This document shows positions 39,032 through 49,388 of a DNA stretch of 64,000 nt, piece by piece (the stretch's first letter is position 1; the number at the start of each line of letters is the position of its first letter). The notes under the pieces are model-generated. The model saw only the letters and a program-made list of their open reading frames with translations. It made no database searches and had not been told where the DNA came from. Source of the stretch: a virus. Position numbers and translations under genes: made by a program. The stretch lies in IMG/VR virus record IMGVR_UViG_3300042894_003945, positions 1 through 64,000 of that record; one strand, written 5' to 3'.

Positions 39032-39304
39032 TTAAACCGCTTCTATCTTGCCAGCAGCAAGATCTATAGTGCCTTCACCGTACTTTTTAAGAAGTTCCTG
39101 TGAAAGTTCGCTTTCTTTTTCTCTTAATTTAGAATAATCAGCAAATAACAAATCCTTTTCTTTCTTCAACTCATCTTCTTTCTTACTGAGAAGGTTTAGT
39201 TTAATCTCAATATCTCCGATAGAGTTTAGAGTTTTACCAAACATCTCATTTAAACTTCTTAGACTATCAATCTCTTCTTGAGTCAAATCTCTAACTTCTG
39301 CCAT
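39032..39304 (-). CDS. Small coiled-coil phage protein
   Basis: Heptad pattern ending KYGEGTIDL..G. Confidence 0.7.
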   Translation of the reverse strand: MAEVRDLTQEEIDSLRSLNEMFGKTLNSIGDIEIKLNLLSKKEDELKKEKDLLFADYSKLREKESELSQELLKKYGEGTIDLAAGKIEAV

Positions 39305-39314
39305 ATTATTTATT

Positions 39315-39548
39315 TTATATTTCCCATTTTTCTAGTGGACAAGCTTGTTTGCCTGGCAAAGGAGAGAATATTTTCTTCTCCAAAGGACATCCACACTTCC
39401 CACAATAATTATATTTCAGTATCTCACTTATCTTATTTTCCTCACAATCATTACAAGTAGATATCCTCTTTTCTGCCTTTTCCTTTTCTTCTTGAGAAGG
39501 ATTAGCTGCAGATATCCAGGCTGAAGCGATCTCAAGTAGCTTGTTCAC
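39315..39548 (-). CDS. Small Cys-rich (metal-binding) protein
   Basis: R..TC..C, CGKCGCPL..K, CPLEKW. Confidence 0.72.
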   Translation of the reverse strand: MNKLLEIASAWISAANPSQEEKEKAEKRISTCNDCEENKISEILKYNYCGKCGCPLEKKIFSPLPGKQACPLEKWEI

Positions 39549-39554
39549 TCTGTA

Positions 39555-39902
39555 TTATTTTTTAGTTACTGCCTTCTTTTTTGCAACAGTTTTCTTAGCT
39601 TTTGGTTTTGCTTTTGGCTTTGGCGCCTCTGCTTGTACTTCCATAGGTGCTGCTTCAGGAAGTTTTTCAAATAAAACCTCAAGAGCTGGTGATACTTCCA
39701 ACACGGATTCTGGTTGAAACCCGCCAAAAGACTTGTCAGTTTCGTACACAAAAGAACTGTCTACAAAAGAACTGGTAGCCTCTAATGGAGGTTCTACAGG
39801 ATTTGGTGCTACCTTAGGATCTTCTTTTTTCTTTGAGGATTTAAATACAAAAAACAATACTACTGCGATTATAGCAGGAATAAGAATTAATACTGGATTC
39901 AT
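39555..39902 (-). CDS. Membrane-anchored protein with Lys/Ala-rich tail
   Basis: N-terminal transmembrane segment; C-terminal KPKAKPKAKKTVAKKK. Confidence 0.65.
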   Translation of the reverse strand: MNPVLILIPAIIAVVLFFVFKSSKKKEDPKVAPNPVEPPLEATSSFVDSSFVYETDKSFGGFQPESVLEVSPALEVLFEKLPEAAPMEVQAEAPKPKAKPKAKKTVAKKKAVTKK

Positions 39903-39997
39903 AAATTTATTTTTTTTCTACTAATAAATATATACAAATATATATTTTTTCTGTATAATTTATATATTTTTTATAAGAATTTTCTTTAAATTTAAAA

Positions 39998-40273
39998 TTA
40001 ATATTCATTAGTATCTAACCACTCTTGAAGTGGTACGTGGTCTCCATTATACAATTCTCTTCTTAAATCGTGTTCTAAACACTGTTCATAAGTAGGCATT
40101 TCTCCATTTGTTAATGGTTCAGAATGTCTTTGCCCTCTTATAAATTGGATAATATTTTCAAAACATCTAACATCATAAACAAAATTCATATACTCAAAAA
40201 GCACATCTTTTGTAAAATCTTCAGGTTGATATTCTGTTCTAATGTAAATAAAATCAGTTGTAGTGTAACTCAT
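39998..40273 (-). CDS. Hypothetical protein
   Basis: ORF tiles operon. Confidence 0.55.
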   Translation of the reverse strand: MSYTTTDFIYIRTEYQPEDFTKDVLFEYMNFVYDVRCFENIIQFIRGQRHSEPLTNGEMPTYEQCLEHDLRRELYNGDHVPLQEWLDTNEY

Positions 40274-40285
40274 ATTGTTATATTT

Positions 40286-41569
40286 TTAAATTATAAATGG
40301 ATGCCCGATTGTACCTTGCATAGGAAGTTTTGTAGCTCCGAACGCTAAATAACCCATCCATTCGTTTTCAGGACCACCAGAATCAATTTCAACGATTACT
40401 TGAAAGTTATTATATCCAAAAATATCCATATCTTGCCTTGCTTGTTCTGTACCAGTTGCACTTGGGTATGAGGATATACTATCGTATGATATAGCTAAAT
40501 CTATTTCTGAAGTTGCTAAGTTATCCTCATCTAAGACACCCATGGCTTGTCTAGTAGTTAAACCAGCGGCACTTCCTAATCCGATTCTATCTTGAACTGT
40601 AGCAGTACCTGCTGCTGATTGGGTTTTCATAGAACCCATAAATGATATACCTTTAAGATTGAAAGGAAGTCCAGTCACTGCTGCCGTTCTACCAGAATCT
40701 TGACGTATCGTATATGACCCTGCTTGCCAACCTCCACCTTTAATAGCCATATAGATAAATCTTCTATTTGTTGTACCTCTAGCTGTCCAGTTAAGTGTAA
40801 AAGTATCTGTACCAAAAGCAGACAATACAGCTCTAGCATTTGGGTTACCACCAGCTACAACTATCATGGCTAAACATTCAGTAGCACGAGCATAAGAATC
40901 TGTATCCATAGGATCAGCACCATCATCAGAGTTGCCTACTACAACTATGTTTTGTGCTGTAGCAGTTCCTGTTGCTGCACCTACACATAAACCTGAGTCA
41001 TTAACTTGTCCTGTATTTAACGCCGCTGTTGATTGTACACCAGCAAACATTACACATTGATTATCTCCTCTAGAATTAAAACCATTTGCAGTATAGTTTT
41101 GTGTTCCTGTTGCTGCTGGTTCTGCTATATCACCTATTGTTACTTGTTGAATATCATCTAAACCCCATGCTTCATAAAATATTGTTAAGTTTGCTGGTGT
41201 TGCGTCATCTACTATTAGAGTAAATCCATTTGCATCAATACTACTAATATCTAATCTACCGTCAACTGTACCAGCCCCGTCTACAGTAATACAAACACAG
41301 TTATCAGCAGCTACACTAGCGCAGTCTGCTGCGGCTGAGTTATCAGCACTAAATGTACCAACAGATCTTCTTATAGTTGGACTACTACAAAAACCAATAC
41401 CTCTTCTTTCAGATACTGTTTGAGTAAAAGAATCTGTAGCAGATTGGTGCCCCATCCAATAAAATCTAATCGCTTTAGGACTAAATCCTAAATTAGTAAC
41501 AACTTTAGTTGCATTTAAAGCATCACTTGTTAACCATTGAATTGCACCTTGTGCGTAACCAAATGCCAT
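40286..41569 (-). CDS. Virion structural/fibre-associated beta-rich protein
   Basis: G/A/T-rich; repeated GF.P/DANGFTL/DTFTLNW units; follows the fibre gene. Confidence 0.6.
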   Translation of the reverse strand: MAFGYAQGAIQWLTSDALNATKVVTNLGFSPKAIRFYWMGHQSATDSFTQTVSERRGIGFCSSPTIRRSVGTFSADNSAAADCASVAADNCVCITVDGAGTVDGRLDISSIDANGFTLIVDDATPANLTIFYEAWGLDDIQQVTIGDIAEPAATGTQNYTANGFNSRGDNQCVMFAGVQSTAALNTGQVNDSGLCVGAATGTATAQNIVVVGNSDDGADPMDTDSYARATECLAMIVVAGGNPNARAVLSAFGTDTFTLNWTARGTTNRRFIYMAIKGGGWQAGSYTIRQDSGRTAAVTGLPFNLKGISFMGSMKTQSAAGTATVQDRIGLGSAAGLTTRQAMGVLDEDNLATSEIDLAISYDSISSYPSATGTEQARQDMDIFGYNNFQVIVEIDSGGPENEWMGYLAFGATKLPMQGTIGHPFII

Positions 41570-41571
41570 AA

Positions 41572-44500
41572 TTATGCTCTTGTATAAGTTATTCTAATTG
41601 CTAATAATTCAGCCACCGCCGCTAATGTATCACCACCTGCCGCACCATCTCTATAGCATCTAAATTGCACAAAATTACTAGCTGCTGGGGTACCCCCTAG
41701 TGTTATTGCCGCTGTTGCTGCAGATATATTCACGTCTCTCGTAGCCTGGTTAGCATCGGTAACTGTTTGAGCAGTACCAAAAGCTTGGTCTATCAAATCA
41801 GAATCAGCGTATGCTCTTCCTTGGAATCCCCAAACAACAGAGTTTGTTGATGCGTTATTTGACATCCAATAGAATACTGCAGTTATTGTACCACCATTAT
41901 AATCTGATGGCATAGGCATTGCCCAGTTTGCAAAGGTTTGTGAACCGTCTGCAAAGTTTATAGAGTAAAAGTTTACTGCATTTGTTGCTGTTGCTGTTAG
42001 TGTTGGAGATTGTGCACCAGCTGTAATTGAAGGCCAACCGCCACCAGCTGTTAATATAATTTGACCTGCTACAGATGCACCATTAGCTCCTGAAGTACCT
42101 GCTGAACCAGAAGAGCCACTAGTTCCTGGAGCTCCACTAGCTCCATTTGCACCAGAAGTGCCAGAAGAGCCACTAGTTCCTGGATCTCCACTAGCTCCAT
42201 TTGCACCAGAAGTGCCAGAAGAGCCACTAGTTCCTGGAGCTCCATTGGCACCATTGGCTCCACTTGTGCCTGAACTGCCAGATGTACCAGGAGCACCGTT
42301 TGCTCCATTAGCTCCTGAGGTTCCTGATGAACCTGAAGTTCCGTTAGCTCCATTAGCACCATTGGCCCCATTAGCTCCACTAGTACCAGATGAACCAGAG
42401 GTACCATTAGCTCCGTTAGCTCCGTTTGCACCACTAGTACCACTAGATCCGGAAGTACCATTAGCACCATTGGCACCATTGGCTCCACTTGTTCCGCTTG
42501 TTCCGCTGGTACCGTTAGCACCGTTAGCTCCTGAAGTACCACTAGATCCACTCGTGCCGTTAGCTCCGTTTGCTCCATTTGCACCGGAGGTGCCTGATGT
42601 ACCAGAAGTACCATTAGCTCCATTAGCTCCATTAGCTCCTGAGGTGCCTGATGTACCGGAGGTACCGGAGGTACCGTTAGCTCCGTTAGCTCCATTAGCT
42701 CCTGAGGTACCTGAAGAACCGCTGGTACCGTTAGCACCATTAGCTCCTGAAGTTCCTGAGGTTCCATTTGCACCGTTAGCTCCTGAAGTACCGGAGGTAC
42801 CAGAAGTACCATTAGCTCCGTTAGCTCCGGAAGTTCCTGAGGTTCCTGAGGTTCCATTTGCACCATTAGCACCAGAGGTGCCTGATGTGCCATTAGCTCC
42901 GTTAGCTCCTGAAGTACCAGAAGTTCCGGTTGAACCCGATGATCCTGATGTACCATTGGCGCCATTAGCCCCGCTAGTTCCAGAAGTGCCACTAGTTCCT
43001 GTTGAACCAGAGGTACCTGTACTACCTGATGTGCCTGATGTGCCATTGGCACCATTTGCACCAGATGTTCCAGAAGTACCAGATGTTCCACTAGTTCCTG
43101 ATGTATTTGTAGTGGTTGCTCTATAGTATAGTTGTCCGCTGTTTGTATCTACTACAACGTAGTTAAGTAAAGAGTTAGCAGATAAGTTTACACTTAAAGA
43201 CCCCGTTATGGAAACACTACCACTAATATCTAATAAAGTATTGATTCCAGTTTCCTTACCTATCCCTATTCTTGATTGTGATACATAGAATACTCTCTGT
43301 CCGAATTGTCCTATTCTAACTGTATTATCAGAGAATGCTTCTATTACTGGGAGACCAGCAGCTGTGTTTACTGAGAATAAAGATCCTGAAAGGGAATCTT
43401 CTATTTGGAATAATCTTCCAGATACTCCATCTACTGTAAATACACTAGATCCGGTACCGTTTATTGCTACGGATCCTGTGAACCTGTGGGTATCTGCTGC
43501 ACTATCTCCAAAAATATTACTTCCACTACTATAAATTACTGAAGAAGATACGGTTTGTACCACTAAAGTATTTGCCGTAATATTTCCTGTAGAGGTTATA
43601 TTTCCTGCTACGGATAAGGTAGAACCATCAAATGTTAAATTAGCTTCGGCATTTGCTGTGTTAGTTGTACCTAATGAAGTTAATATTCTGTTATCTACAG
43701 CGTTTGTTATAGTATTAAACCCTGTACCTGATGTACCAGAACTACCTGATGTTCCATTAGCTCCGTTAGCTCCTGAGGTTCCGGATGTGCCGGAAGTACC
43801 AGATGTTCCTGTACTGCCACTAGTTCCACTAGTCCCATTAGCCCCGTTTGCACCACTAGTCCCAGATGAACCAGAAGTACCGTTGGCACCGTTAGCACCA
43901 GAAGTACCGGAAGAACCTGAAGTACCTGTGCTTCCACTTGATCCAGAGGTGCCGTTAGCACCATTTGCTCCGCTAGTTCCTGATGAACCAGAGGTTCCTG
44001 TTGAACCACTAGTACCCGAGGTTCCAGAGGAGCCTGAAGTACCTGATGTACCAGAACTACCAGATGTTCCACTATTGCCAGATGTGCCTGATGAACCTGA
44101 TGTACCTGTGCTACCGCTTGTACCTGTAGTTCCAGAACTTCCAGAGGTTCCATTTGCACCATTAGCACCTGAAGTACCTGAGGAACCACTTGTGCCTGTA
44201 GAACCACTAGTTCCAGAACTGCCTGAAGTACCATTTGCTCCATTAGCCCCGCTAGTTCCAGACGATCCAGATGTACCTGTACTACCACTAGTTCCAGATG
44301 TACCTGTACTACCTGAAGAGCCAGATGTTCCAGTTGAGCCTGATGTTCCAGAAGTACCGCTAGATCCGTTAGCACCAGAAGTACCTGATGTTCCAGAAGT
44401 ACCTGCCGGAGTTAAAGCCCAAGAAGCTGTAGTTGCAAAAGAAGCGGATGTAGCAAATGATGCTGTTCCAAATAATGATCCTGTTAAAAAAGCAAAACTC

Positions 44501-44724
44501 CCAGAAACTACAATAGGTTCTCTGTTAAAAGTTCCCAACCTTATTATATTGTTTGAGAATGCTTCTAATATTGGAATGCCGGAGATATCCTTTACAGCAA
44601 ATAAAGACCCTGACAGATTATCTGTAACAGAAAAAAGTTGGCCTTGGGAACCTTGTACATCTAAAATAGTGGATCCAGACCCGTTTACTACGAGTCCTTT
44701 GCGGACTTTGAATTCATTTGCCAT
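41572..44724 (-). CDS. Tail fibre/adhesin with Gly-X-Y (GTS/GSS/GAN) repeat tracts
   Basis: MANEFKVRKGL N-terminus, two long Gly-every-third tracts, beta-rich spacers, globular C-terminal domain. Confidence 0.8.
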   Translation of the reverse strand: MANEFKVRKGLVVNGSGSTILDVQGSQGQLFSVTDNLSGSLFAVKDISGIPILEAFSNNIIRLGTFNREPIVVSGSFAFLTGSLFGTASFATSASFATTASWALTPAGTSGTSGTSGANGSSGTSGTSGSTGTSGSSGSTGTSGTSGSTGTSGSSGTSGANGANGTSGSSGTSGSTGTSGSSGTSGANGANGTSGSSGTTGTSGSTGTSGSSGTSGNSGTSGSSGTSGTSGSSGTSGTSGSTGTSGSSGTSGANGANGTSGSSGSTGTSGSSGTSGANGANGTSGSSGTSGANGANGTSGTSGSTGTSGTSGTSGTSGANGANGTSGSSGTSGTGFNTITNAVDNRILTSLGTTNTANAEANLTFDGSTLSVAGNITSTGNITANTLVVQTVSSSVIYSSGSNIFGDSAADTHRFTGSVAINGTGSSVFTVDGVSGRLFQIEDSLSGSLFSVNTAAGLPVIEAFSDNTVRIGQFGQRVFYVSQSRIGIGKETGINTLLDISGSVSITGSLSVNLSANSLLNYVVVDTNSGQLYYRATTTNTSGTSGTSGTSGTSGANGANGTSGTSGSTGTSGSTGTSGTSGTSGANGANGTSGSSGSTGTSGTSGANGANGTSGTSGANGANGTSGTSGTSGANGANGTSGTSGTSGANGANGTSGTSGANGANGTSGSSGTSGANGANGANGTSGTSGTSGTSGANGANGANGTSGTSGTSGANGANGANGTSGSSGTSGANGANGTSGTSGTSGANGANGANGTSGSSGTSGANGANGANGTSGSSGTSGANGANGANGANGTSGSSGTSGANGANGAPGTSGSSGTSGANGANGAPGTSGSSGTSGANGASGDPGTSGSSGTSGANGASGAPGTSGSSGSAGTSGANGASVAGQIILTAGGGWPSITAGAQSPTLTATATNAVNFYSINFADGSQTFANWAMPMPSDYNGGTITAVFYWMSNNASTNSVVWGFQGRAYADSDLIDQAFGTAQTVTDANQATRDVNISAATAAITLGGTPAASNFVQFRCYRDGAAGGDTLAAVAELLAIRITYTRA
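42080..43105. repeat. Coding Gly-X-Y repeat tract (GAN/GTS), 9-nt periodicity
   Basis: Seen directly in the translation; boundaries approximate. Confidence 0.9.
43720..44405. repeat. Coding Gly-X-Y repeat tract (GTS/GSS/GST/GAN)
   Basis: Seen directly in the translation; boundaries approximate. Confidence 0.9.
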
Positions 44725-44775
44725 AGATATCTCCTTCTTTCATTATCCAAAAGGATCAGTAATAAATATAACAGA

Positions 44776-45033
44776 TTATGGTAATGGGTTAGGATCAGTC
44801 CACTCAGGAGTAGCTAATATTGCTAATATTTCTTCGTAGGTATAGGGACCTTCTTTAGTGGTTAAAGCCTCTACTGATGGTGGAATTGTTACTCCATCCC
44901 ACTTAACAAATGTTTTTGTCAGATCTACTGACTTTCTTACTGTGTCAGCTGATGTTTCTAATACTTCGTTGAAGTTAATTGTATCTAATTCAGATACATT
45001 AAAGATCATGAATTCTCTGTTTTCGTATGCCAT
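44776..45033 (-). CDS. Small phage protein following the lectin array
   Basis: F..V.ETS..T.RKS.D..KTFVKW..P pattern. Confidence 0.7.
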   Translation of the reverse strand: MAYENREFMIFNVSELDTINFNEVLETSADTVRKSVDLTKTFVKWDGVTIPPSVEALTTKEGPYTYEEILAILATPEWTDPNPLP

Positions 45034-45036
45034 AGT

Positions 45037-45705
45037 TTATAAATTAAAGCGTGATTTTAAAGCGTTATAATTTTGAGTCATTTCTTCTGTTGATAATATC
45101 CTATTATACATGGCAACAAATGAAAATTCCGCCGTACTGAATTCTCCAACACTAGGAACCCAATTGAGATACGCCGCACCTATAGAAAGTCCTGCGGGTG
45201 TGTTTAAACCTCCATTATTAGGTCCTGCTGATAATGTATTGTTTACATAGAGTGAATATGTATCTAAAGAAGGATTTCCATTCCCTATATACATTCTCCA
45301 ATTAGTATCTGAACCTCCAGTTGGACTACCGGATGTTACCCATCCTGATATATAATAATTTGCAACGCTGTTACCCCAGTGTCCTAAAATAGAATTATTA
45401 TAATTGCAATTTATTATTCTATTTCTAACAGCACCACTATATCTAGCAGCACCAGTCCATGTAAAATTGGTGGCAATTCCTAAATCTATATTTGTGTTAG
45501 AAGTAATATAATCATCCACTCCATCAAATGATAATACGGGTGTTGGTGATGAGGTGTTATAACTAACTCCATTATACAATGTTCCATGATATCCATTTCC
45601 TGAAATATCGTATATAGTTGTCCCAGATCCAGGATATGAATTTTTATTAGCTACATCCCATAGTACTACTAATCCACTTGTCGATATGTTAGGTCCTGTA
45701 AACAT
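45037..45705 (-). CDS. LamG/concanavalin A-like lectin domain protein (paralogue 6)
   Basis: GLV..D..N..SYPGSGT..YD.SGN, FDGVDDY, YNR.LS..E..QNYNA.KSRF. Confidence 0.85.
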   Translation of the reverse strand: MFTGPNISTSGLVVLWDVANKNSYPGSGTTIYDISGNGYHGTLYNGVSYNTSSPTPVLSFDGVDDYITSNTNIDLGIATNFTWTGAARYSGAVRNRIINCNYNNSILGHWGNSVANYYISGWVTSGSPTGGSDTNWRMYIGNGNPSLDTYSLYVNNTLSAGPNNGGLNTPAGLSIGAAYLNWVPSVGEFSTAEFSFVAMYNRILSTEEMTQNYNALKSRFNL

Positions 45706-46427
45706 TATAATCCGAATCTTGATTTTTGTGAGTTATAGTTTTGTAAAACCTCTATAGATGTTAAAGGTCTGTTATACACAACAACATTTCCCAACTTAAA
45801 TTGACAATAGCAATATCCACAATGTCTATGGTATCCGTTTATTGTGAAAGTTGATGCTATGGTAAACGTACTTTGTAGAGTAGTGGCAGAATTATATATA
45901 CCGTTTGTATAAGAAGTCATAGTGCCTGGATTGTTGTTGGCAAAAGTACACACCAAATTTAACCATGTATTTAAAGCGGATGTGCCAAAACCTAAAGAAG
46001 CCCCTGCTGGAGGGTTTGGTGCAATAGTAGGATCTTGATTGTAAATATACCAACTAGGAGCCCCATTTGATTGTAAACCAAACACATTCCAATATCCAGT
46101 AGACCAGTCTATAACACTTGTAGCTCCTGTGCAAGGGCATGAGTTGTTGGTCCACGTTTGAGCATTTACCCAAACTCCTACAGTAAAACCAGCATTACTA
46201 GAGCTGATTACTGTACTGGAGTAGCTTATGTCATCTACTCCGTCATAAGTTAAAATACCAGAGTTTGCTGAACTATATCCAACTCCATTATACAATGTTT
46301 GATTATATACATTAGAACCTATATCACTCCAAATAGTACCACTACCAGGATAAGATCTAGGATTAGCCGCATCTAGATTTAATATTAATCCACTAGTTAC
46401 TATATTTGATCCTCCTATAGTTGCCAT
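45705..46427 (-). CDS. LamG/concanavalin A-like lectin domain protein (paralogue 5)
   Basis: Same N- and C-terminal signatures; extra Cys pairs CPC and CGYCYC. Confidence 0.85.
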   Translation of the reverse strand: MATIGGSNIVTSGLILNLDAANPRSYPGSGTIWSDIGSNVYNQTLYNGVGYSSANSGILTYDGVDDISYSSTVISSSNAGFTVGVWVNAQTWTNNSCPCTGATSVIDWSTGYWNVFGLQSNGAPSWYIYNQDPTIAPNPPAGASLGFGTSALNTWLNLVCTFANNNPGTMTSYTNGIYNSATTLQSTFTIASTFTINGYHRHCGYCYCQFKLGNVVVYNRPLTSIEVLQNYNSQKSRFGL

Positions 46428-47122
46428 TATAAACCGAATCTTGCTTTTTGTGCGTTATAGTTTTGAAGTACTTCCGATGCTGAAAGGGAACGATTATATA
46501 TTTTAAGACTTGATATTCTACCATTAAAAAAATATGTCACAAATCCAGGATCTTTGTATGCTCCTAAAACAAATTCTGCAGCAGAAGTATTAGTAACTCC
46601 AGAATTTTCAGAAGGGGATAAAAGTTGACTATTAAAATATCGATATCTAGAACCTACTGAATTATTATAAGTTCCGGTGTACATATTCCATTCTGTTTTA
46701 TTTCTAGGGATACTTCCATCTTGGTCATTACTGTAGTAAGCATACATAAAATTAGTATTATTACCTGCTCTAAATCCAAAATAAAATCCTTGATTAGTAT
46801 TTTGAACACCACCACCAAACATAAGTTGAAAACTAAGATTATTAGCAGCTTTTGCTACAATTTCAACAGTGCTTGAATATATACTTTGTGCAATTGGCGG
46901 TGTTGAAGTTAGCGCAACATAATCGTTTACTCCGTCAAATACAATAGCACCGCCATCTGAAGAATCAAAAGTAGGACTGTTAGTTAAAATTCCATGATTT
47001 CCATTTCCACTTAAATCATACCACATATTTCCACTACCTGGATATGAATTTCTATCAGCAGCATCTAGTGATAACACTAGCCCGTTTGTTACTATTTTAC
47101 CAAATGCGAATTGTGTTGCCAT
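46427..47122 (-). CDS. LamG/concanavalin A-like lectin domain protein (paralogue 4)
   Basis: GLVLSLDAAD.NSYPGSG, FDGVNDY, YNRSLSASEVLQNYNAQK.RFGL. Confidence 0.88.
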   Translation of the reverse strand: MATQFAFGKIVTNGLVLSLDAADRNSYPGSGNMWYDLSGNGNHGILTNSPTFDSSDGGAIVFDGVNDYVALTSTPPIAQSIYSSTVEIVAKAANNLSFQLMFGGGVQNTNQGFYFGFRAGNNTNFMYAYYSNDQDGSIPRNKTEWNMYTGTYNNSVGSRYRYFNSQLLSPSENSGVTNTSAAEFVLGAYKDPGFVTYFFNGRISSLKIYNRSLSASEVLQNYNAQKARFGL

Positions 47123-47126
47123 AACT

Positions 47127-48650
47127 TTATATATTGAATCGTGATTTTAATTGATTGTAGTTTTGACGAACTTCTGATGCTGAGAGGGCCCTATTATATA
47201 TCCTGACTATTGGTATATTTCCAGCAACAGTATAGTTATTATCCCCATGAAATCTGCCTATCCATAATTTATTTGCTCCTGTAGTAGTAGTATTTAATGG
47301 ATTAGCTGTTCCGATCTGTACTCCATCTATATAAAGAATAGCGCTTACTCCATTAGTATTAGATACTACTATATGATGATAATTTGAATTAGGATATGAT
47401 GAATTTGTAAAAAAATTAGCACCACTATCTCCTGTATTCCAATTTATAACATTATTATAAAAAAATATATTAGGTCCAGAACCATAATTATCACTATCTA
47501 ATGAAATAGGTATTTTTACATTATAATTTGATGACTGCATAACTAATTCTAAAGTACAACTAGGTCCTAATGTTATATTAGCATTTATGTAGTCGTCTGT
47601 TCCATCAAAAGTCGCCTGTGCATTTGAATCAAATGATACGTTAGCCATACTAATACTATTGGCATTTCTAGATATATCGAGTAGAGAATTTGTAGCTAAT
47701 CTAGTACCAGTTGTAAACTGTGTAGCATGGGATTTTTGTTCAACTTGAATATTAGCTATATCTACAATCATATTCCCAGCAGATGGAAACCAATATGAAA
47801 TTAGATAGTTATGAGTAGGAGTAAATGTGTAGCTATTCCTTACCCACTGTCCTACAGCTCCCCAAGTTGCATTCATTCCAAAATAACTATATCCTGCTGG
47901 ACCTCCGTAGTTATAGTTATTAAACCCGATATAATTACCCACTGCACTAGGTGTTACTGCTCTAGCATAGAAAGAAACTGTTACAGGAGACCCAATAGTA
48001 ACAAAAGGATCTACTCCATAAGCCATTCCATCAGTTACTCCATCAGGCCTAATCCAATTTAACCTAATACAATCCGTTTTTATTCGAGGATTTGCAGTAT
48101 CATATCCATTTGGAACAATTTCTTTAATAAGTCCAGAATTTGGTAGATGTGGATATCCCCACCACATCGTTGGAAAACTAGATGCGTTAATTGAAATCCT
48201 TTGATCTAAAGCTATACTATTCCATACTACTGGATATCCTGTAGAAGGGTTTACGTATCCTTGAGATCCATCTTGTGAACTATTATACTGATGCAATGAA
48301 AACTCTGTATTGCTTATTTTTTTGACAAAATAAGTTGTACCAGCTGATAAACCACCACCTGTTGTTTCAGGCATCACTGCATCATAAGTTCTTAAAGGAT
48401 GTGATGTTGTTGTTGTTACAATATTATTAGTAACGCTAGATATTGTTCCTATACTAAAATAAGCACCTCCATTATATTGATTTGTATTATATGTACTCCA
48501 AGCATTTCCATAGGTAGGTAAAGCATTTATTGTTGCTGTAGGAAGTGCATTGGTAGTAGGCTCTCCTTTGTATGAATTGCTATCTCCTGTGTCATATATA
48601 AACACTAAGTTTTCATCTCCTATTATATTTGGTCCTCCTGATATTCCCAT
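47127..48650 (-). CDS. LamG-like protein with an inserted carbohydrate-binding-like domain (paralogue 3)
   Basis: LamG termini interrupted by about 270 aa including TVSFYAR..W.R.SYTF..IQVEQK.HATQF. Confidence 0.8.
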   Translation of the reverse strand: MGISGGPNIIGDENLVFIYDTGDSNSYKGEPTTNALPTATINALPTYGNAWSTYNTNQYNGGAYFSIGTISSVTNNIVTTTTSHPLRTYDAVMPETTGGGLSAGTTYFVKKISNTEFSLHQYNSSQDGSQGYVNPSTGYPVVWNSIALDQRISINASSFPTMWWGYPHLPNSGLIKEIVPNGYDTANPRIKTDCIRLNWIRPDGVTDGMAYGVDPFVTIGSPVTVSFYARAVTPSAVGNYIGFNNYNYGGPAGYSYFGMNATWGAVGQWVRNSYTFTPTHNYLISYWFPSAGNMIVDIANIQVEQKSHATQFTTGTRLATNSLLDISRNANSISMANVSFDSNAQATFDGTDDYINANITLGPSCTLELVMQSSNYNVKIPISLDSDNYGSGPNIFFYNNVINWNTGDSGANFFTNSSYPNSNYHHIVVSNTNGVSAILYIDGVQIGTANPLNTTTTGANKLWIGRFHGDNNYTVAGNIPIVRIYNRALSASEVRQNYNQLKSRFNI

Positions 48651-48652
48651 AG

Positions 48653-49378
48653 TTATAAGCCGAAGCGTGATTTTTGTGCGTTATAGTTTTGTAGACACTC
48701 TGCGTCTGTTAAATATCTATTATATACTACAATATTATTGACGTCTCCCCAATATTGAGAAGCGTTTGATGGGTTTGTTTGTGCTCCATTATTGTAAGCT
48801 CCTATTGAACAAAACCCATGTTTAAATCTTGCATTAGAACTATTATTAGATCCTAATATAGTTCCTGGAGCATCATTTATACTAAAACTATAATAGGGTT
48901 CGGAAGAAGCATAATATCTCCAAATTAGCATGTTCCACCTAGTAGTACCATATCCAGGTAAAGATTGTTGACTGTACCCAGAGCTATTAAACCCAGTTCC
49001 ATTAGTATTGTCATACATCCCTATTAACCATCCTCCAGATTGTATTATTATTTGATGGTCCCCGCCCGAACTTAACCCTCTCAAAAGTGTTCTCCAATTT
49101 GAAGCGCTGTTTAGAACTCTAGTCCAACATATAACAGTAACGTTTCCAGAAACTATAACATCAGAATCTACTTTTTTTGCACAACCATAAGACCCATTAA
49201 AATCCATATACTTTGGTCCTGATGAATTAAAAGCAGTTGAGTTGATATCAAAATGATTATTATTGCCACTTAAATCGTACCATTTAGTACCGCTGCCAGG
49301 ATATGAATTTGTATCCGCTGCGTCTAGTGATAATATTAATCCGTTTGTTGATACTATAGGTCCATTTGCAAATCCCAT
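48653..49378 (-). CDS. LamG/concanavalin A-like lectin domain protein (paralogue 2)
   Basis: Same terminal signatures. Confidence 0.87.
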   Translation of the reverse strand: MGFANGPIVSTNGLILSLDAADTNSYPGSGTKWYDLSGNNNHFDINSTAFNSSGPKYMDFNGSYGCAKKVDSDVIVSGNVTVICWTRVLNSASNWRTLLRGLSSGGDHQIIIQSGGWLIGMYDNTNGTGFNSSGYSQQSLPGYGTTRWNMLIWRYYASSEPYYSFSINDAPGTILGSNNSSNARFKHGFCSIGAYNNGAQTNPSNASQYWGDVNNIVVYNRYLTDAECLQNYNAQKSRFGL

Positions 49379-49388
49379 ACTCTATCAT

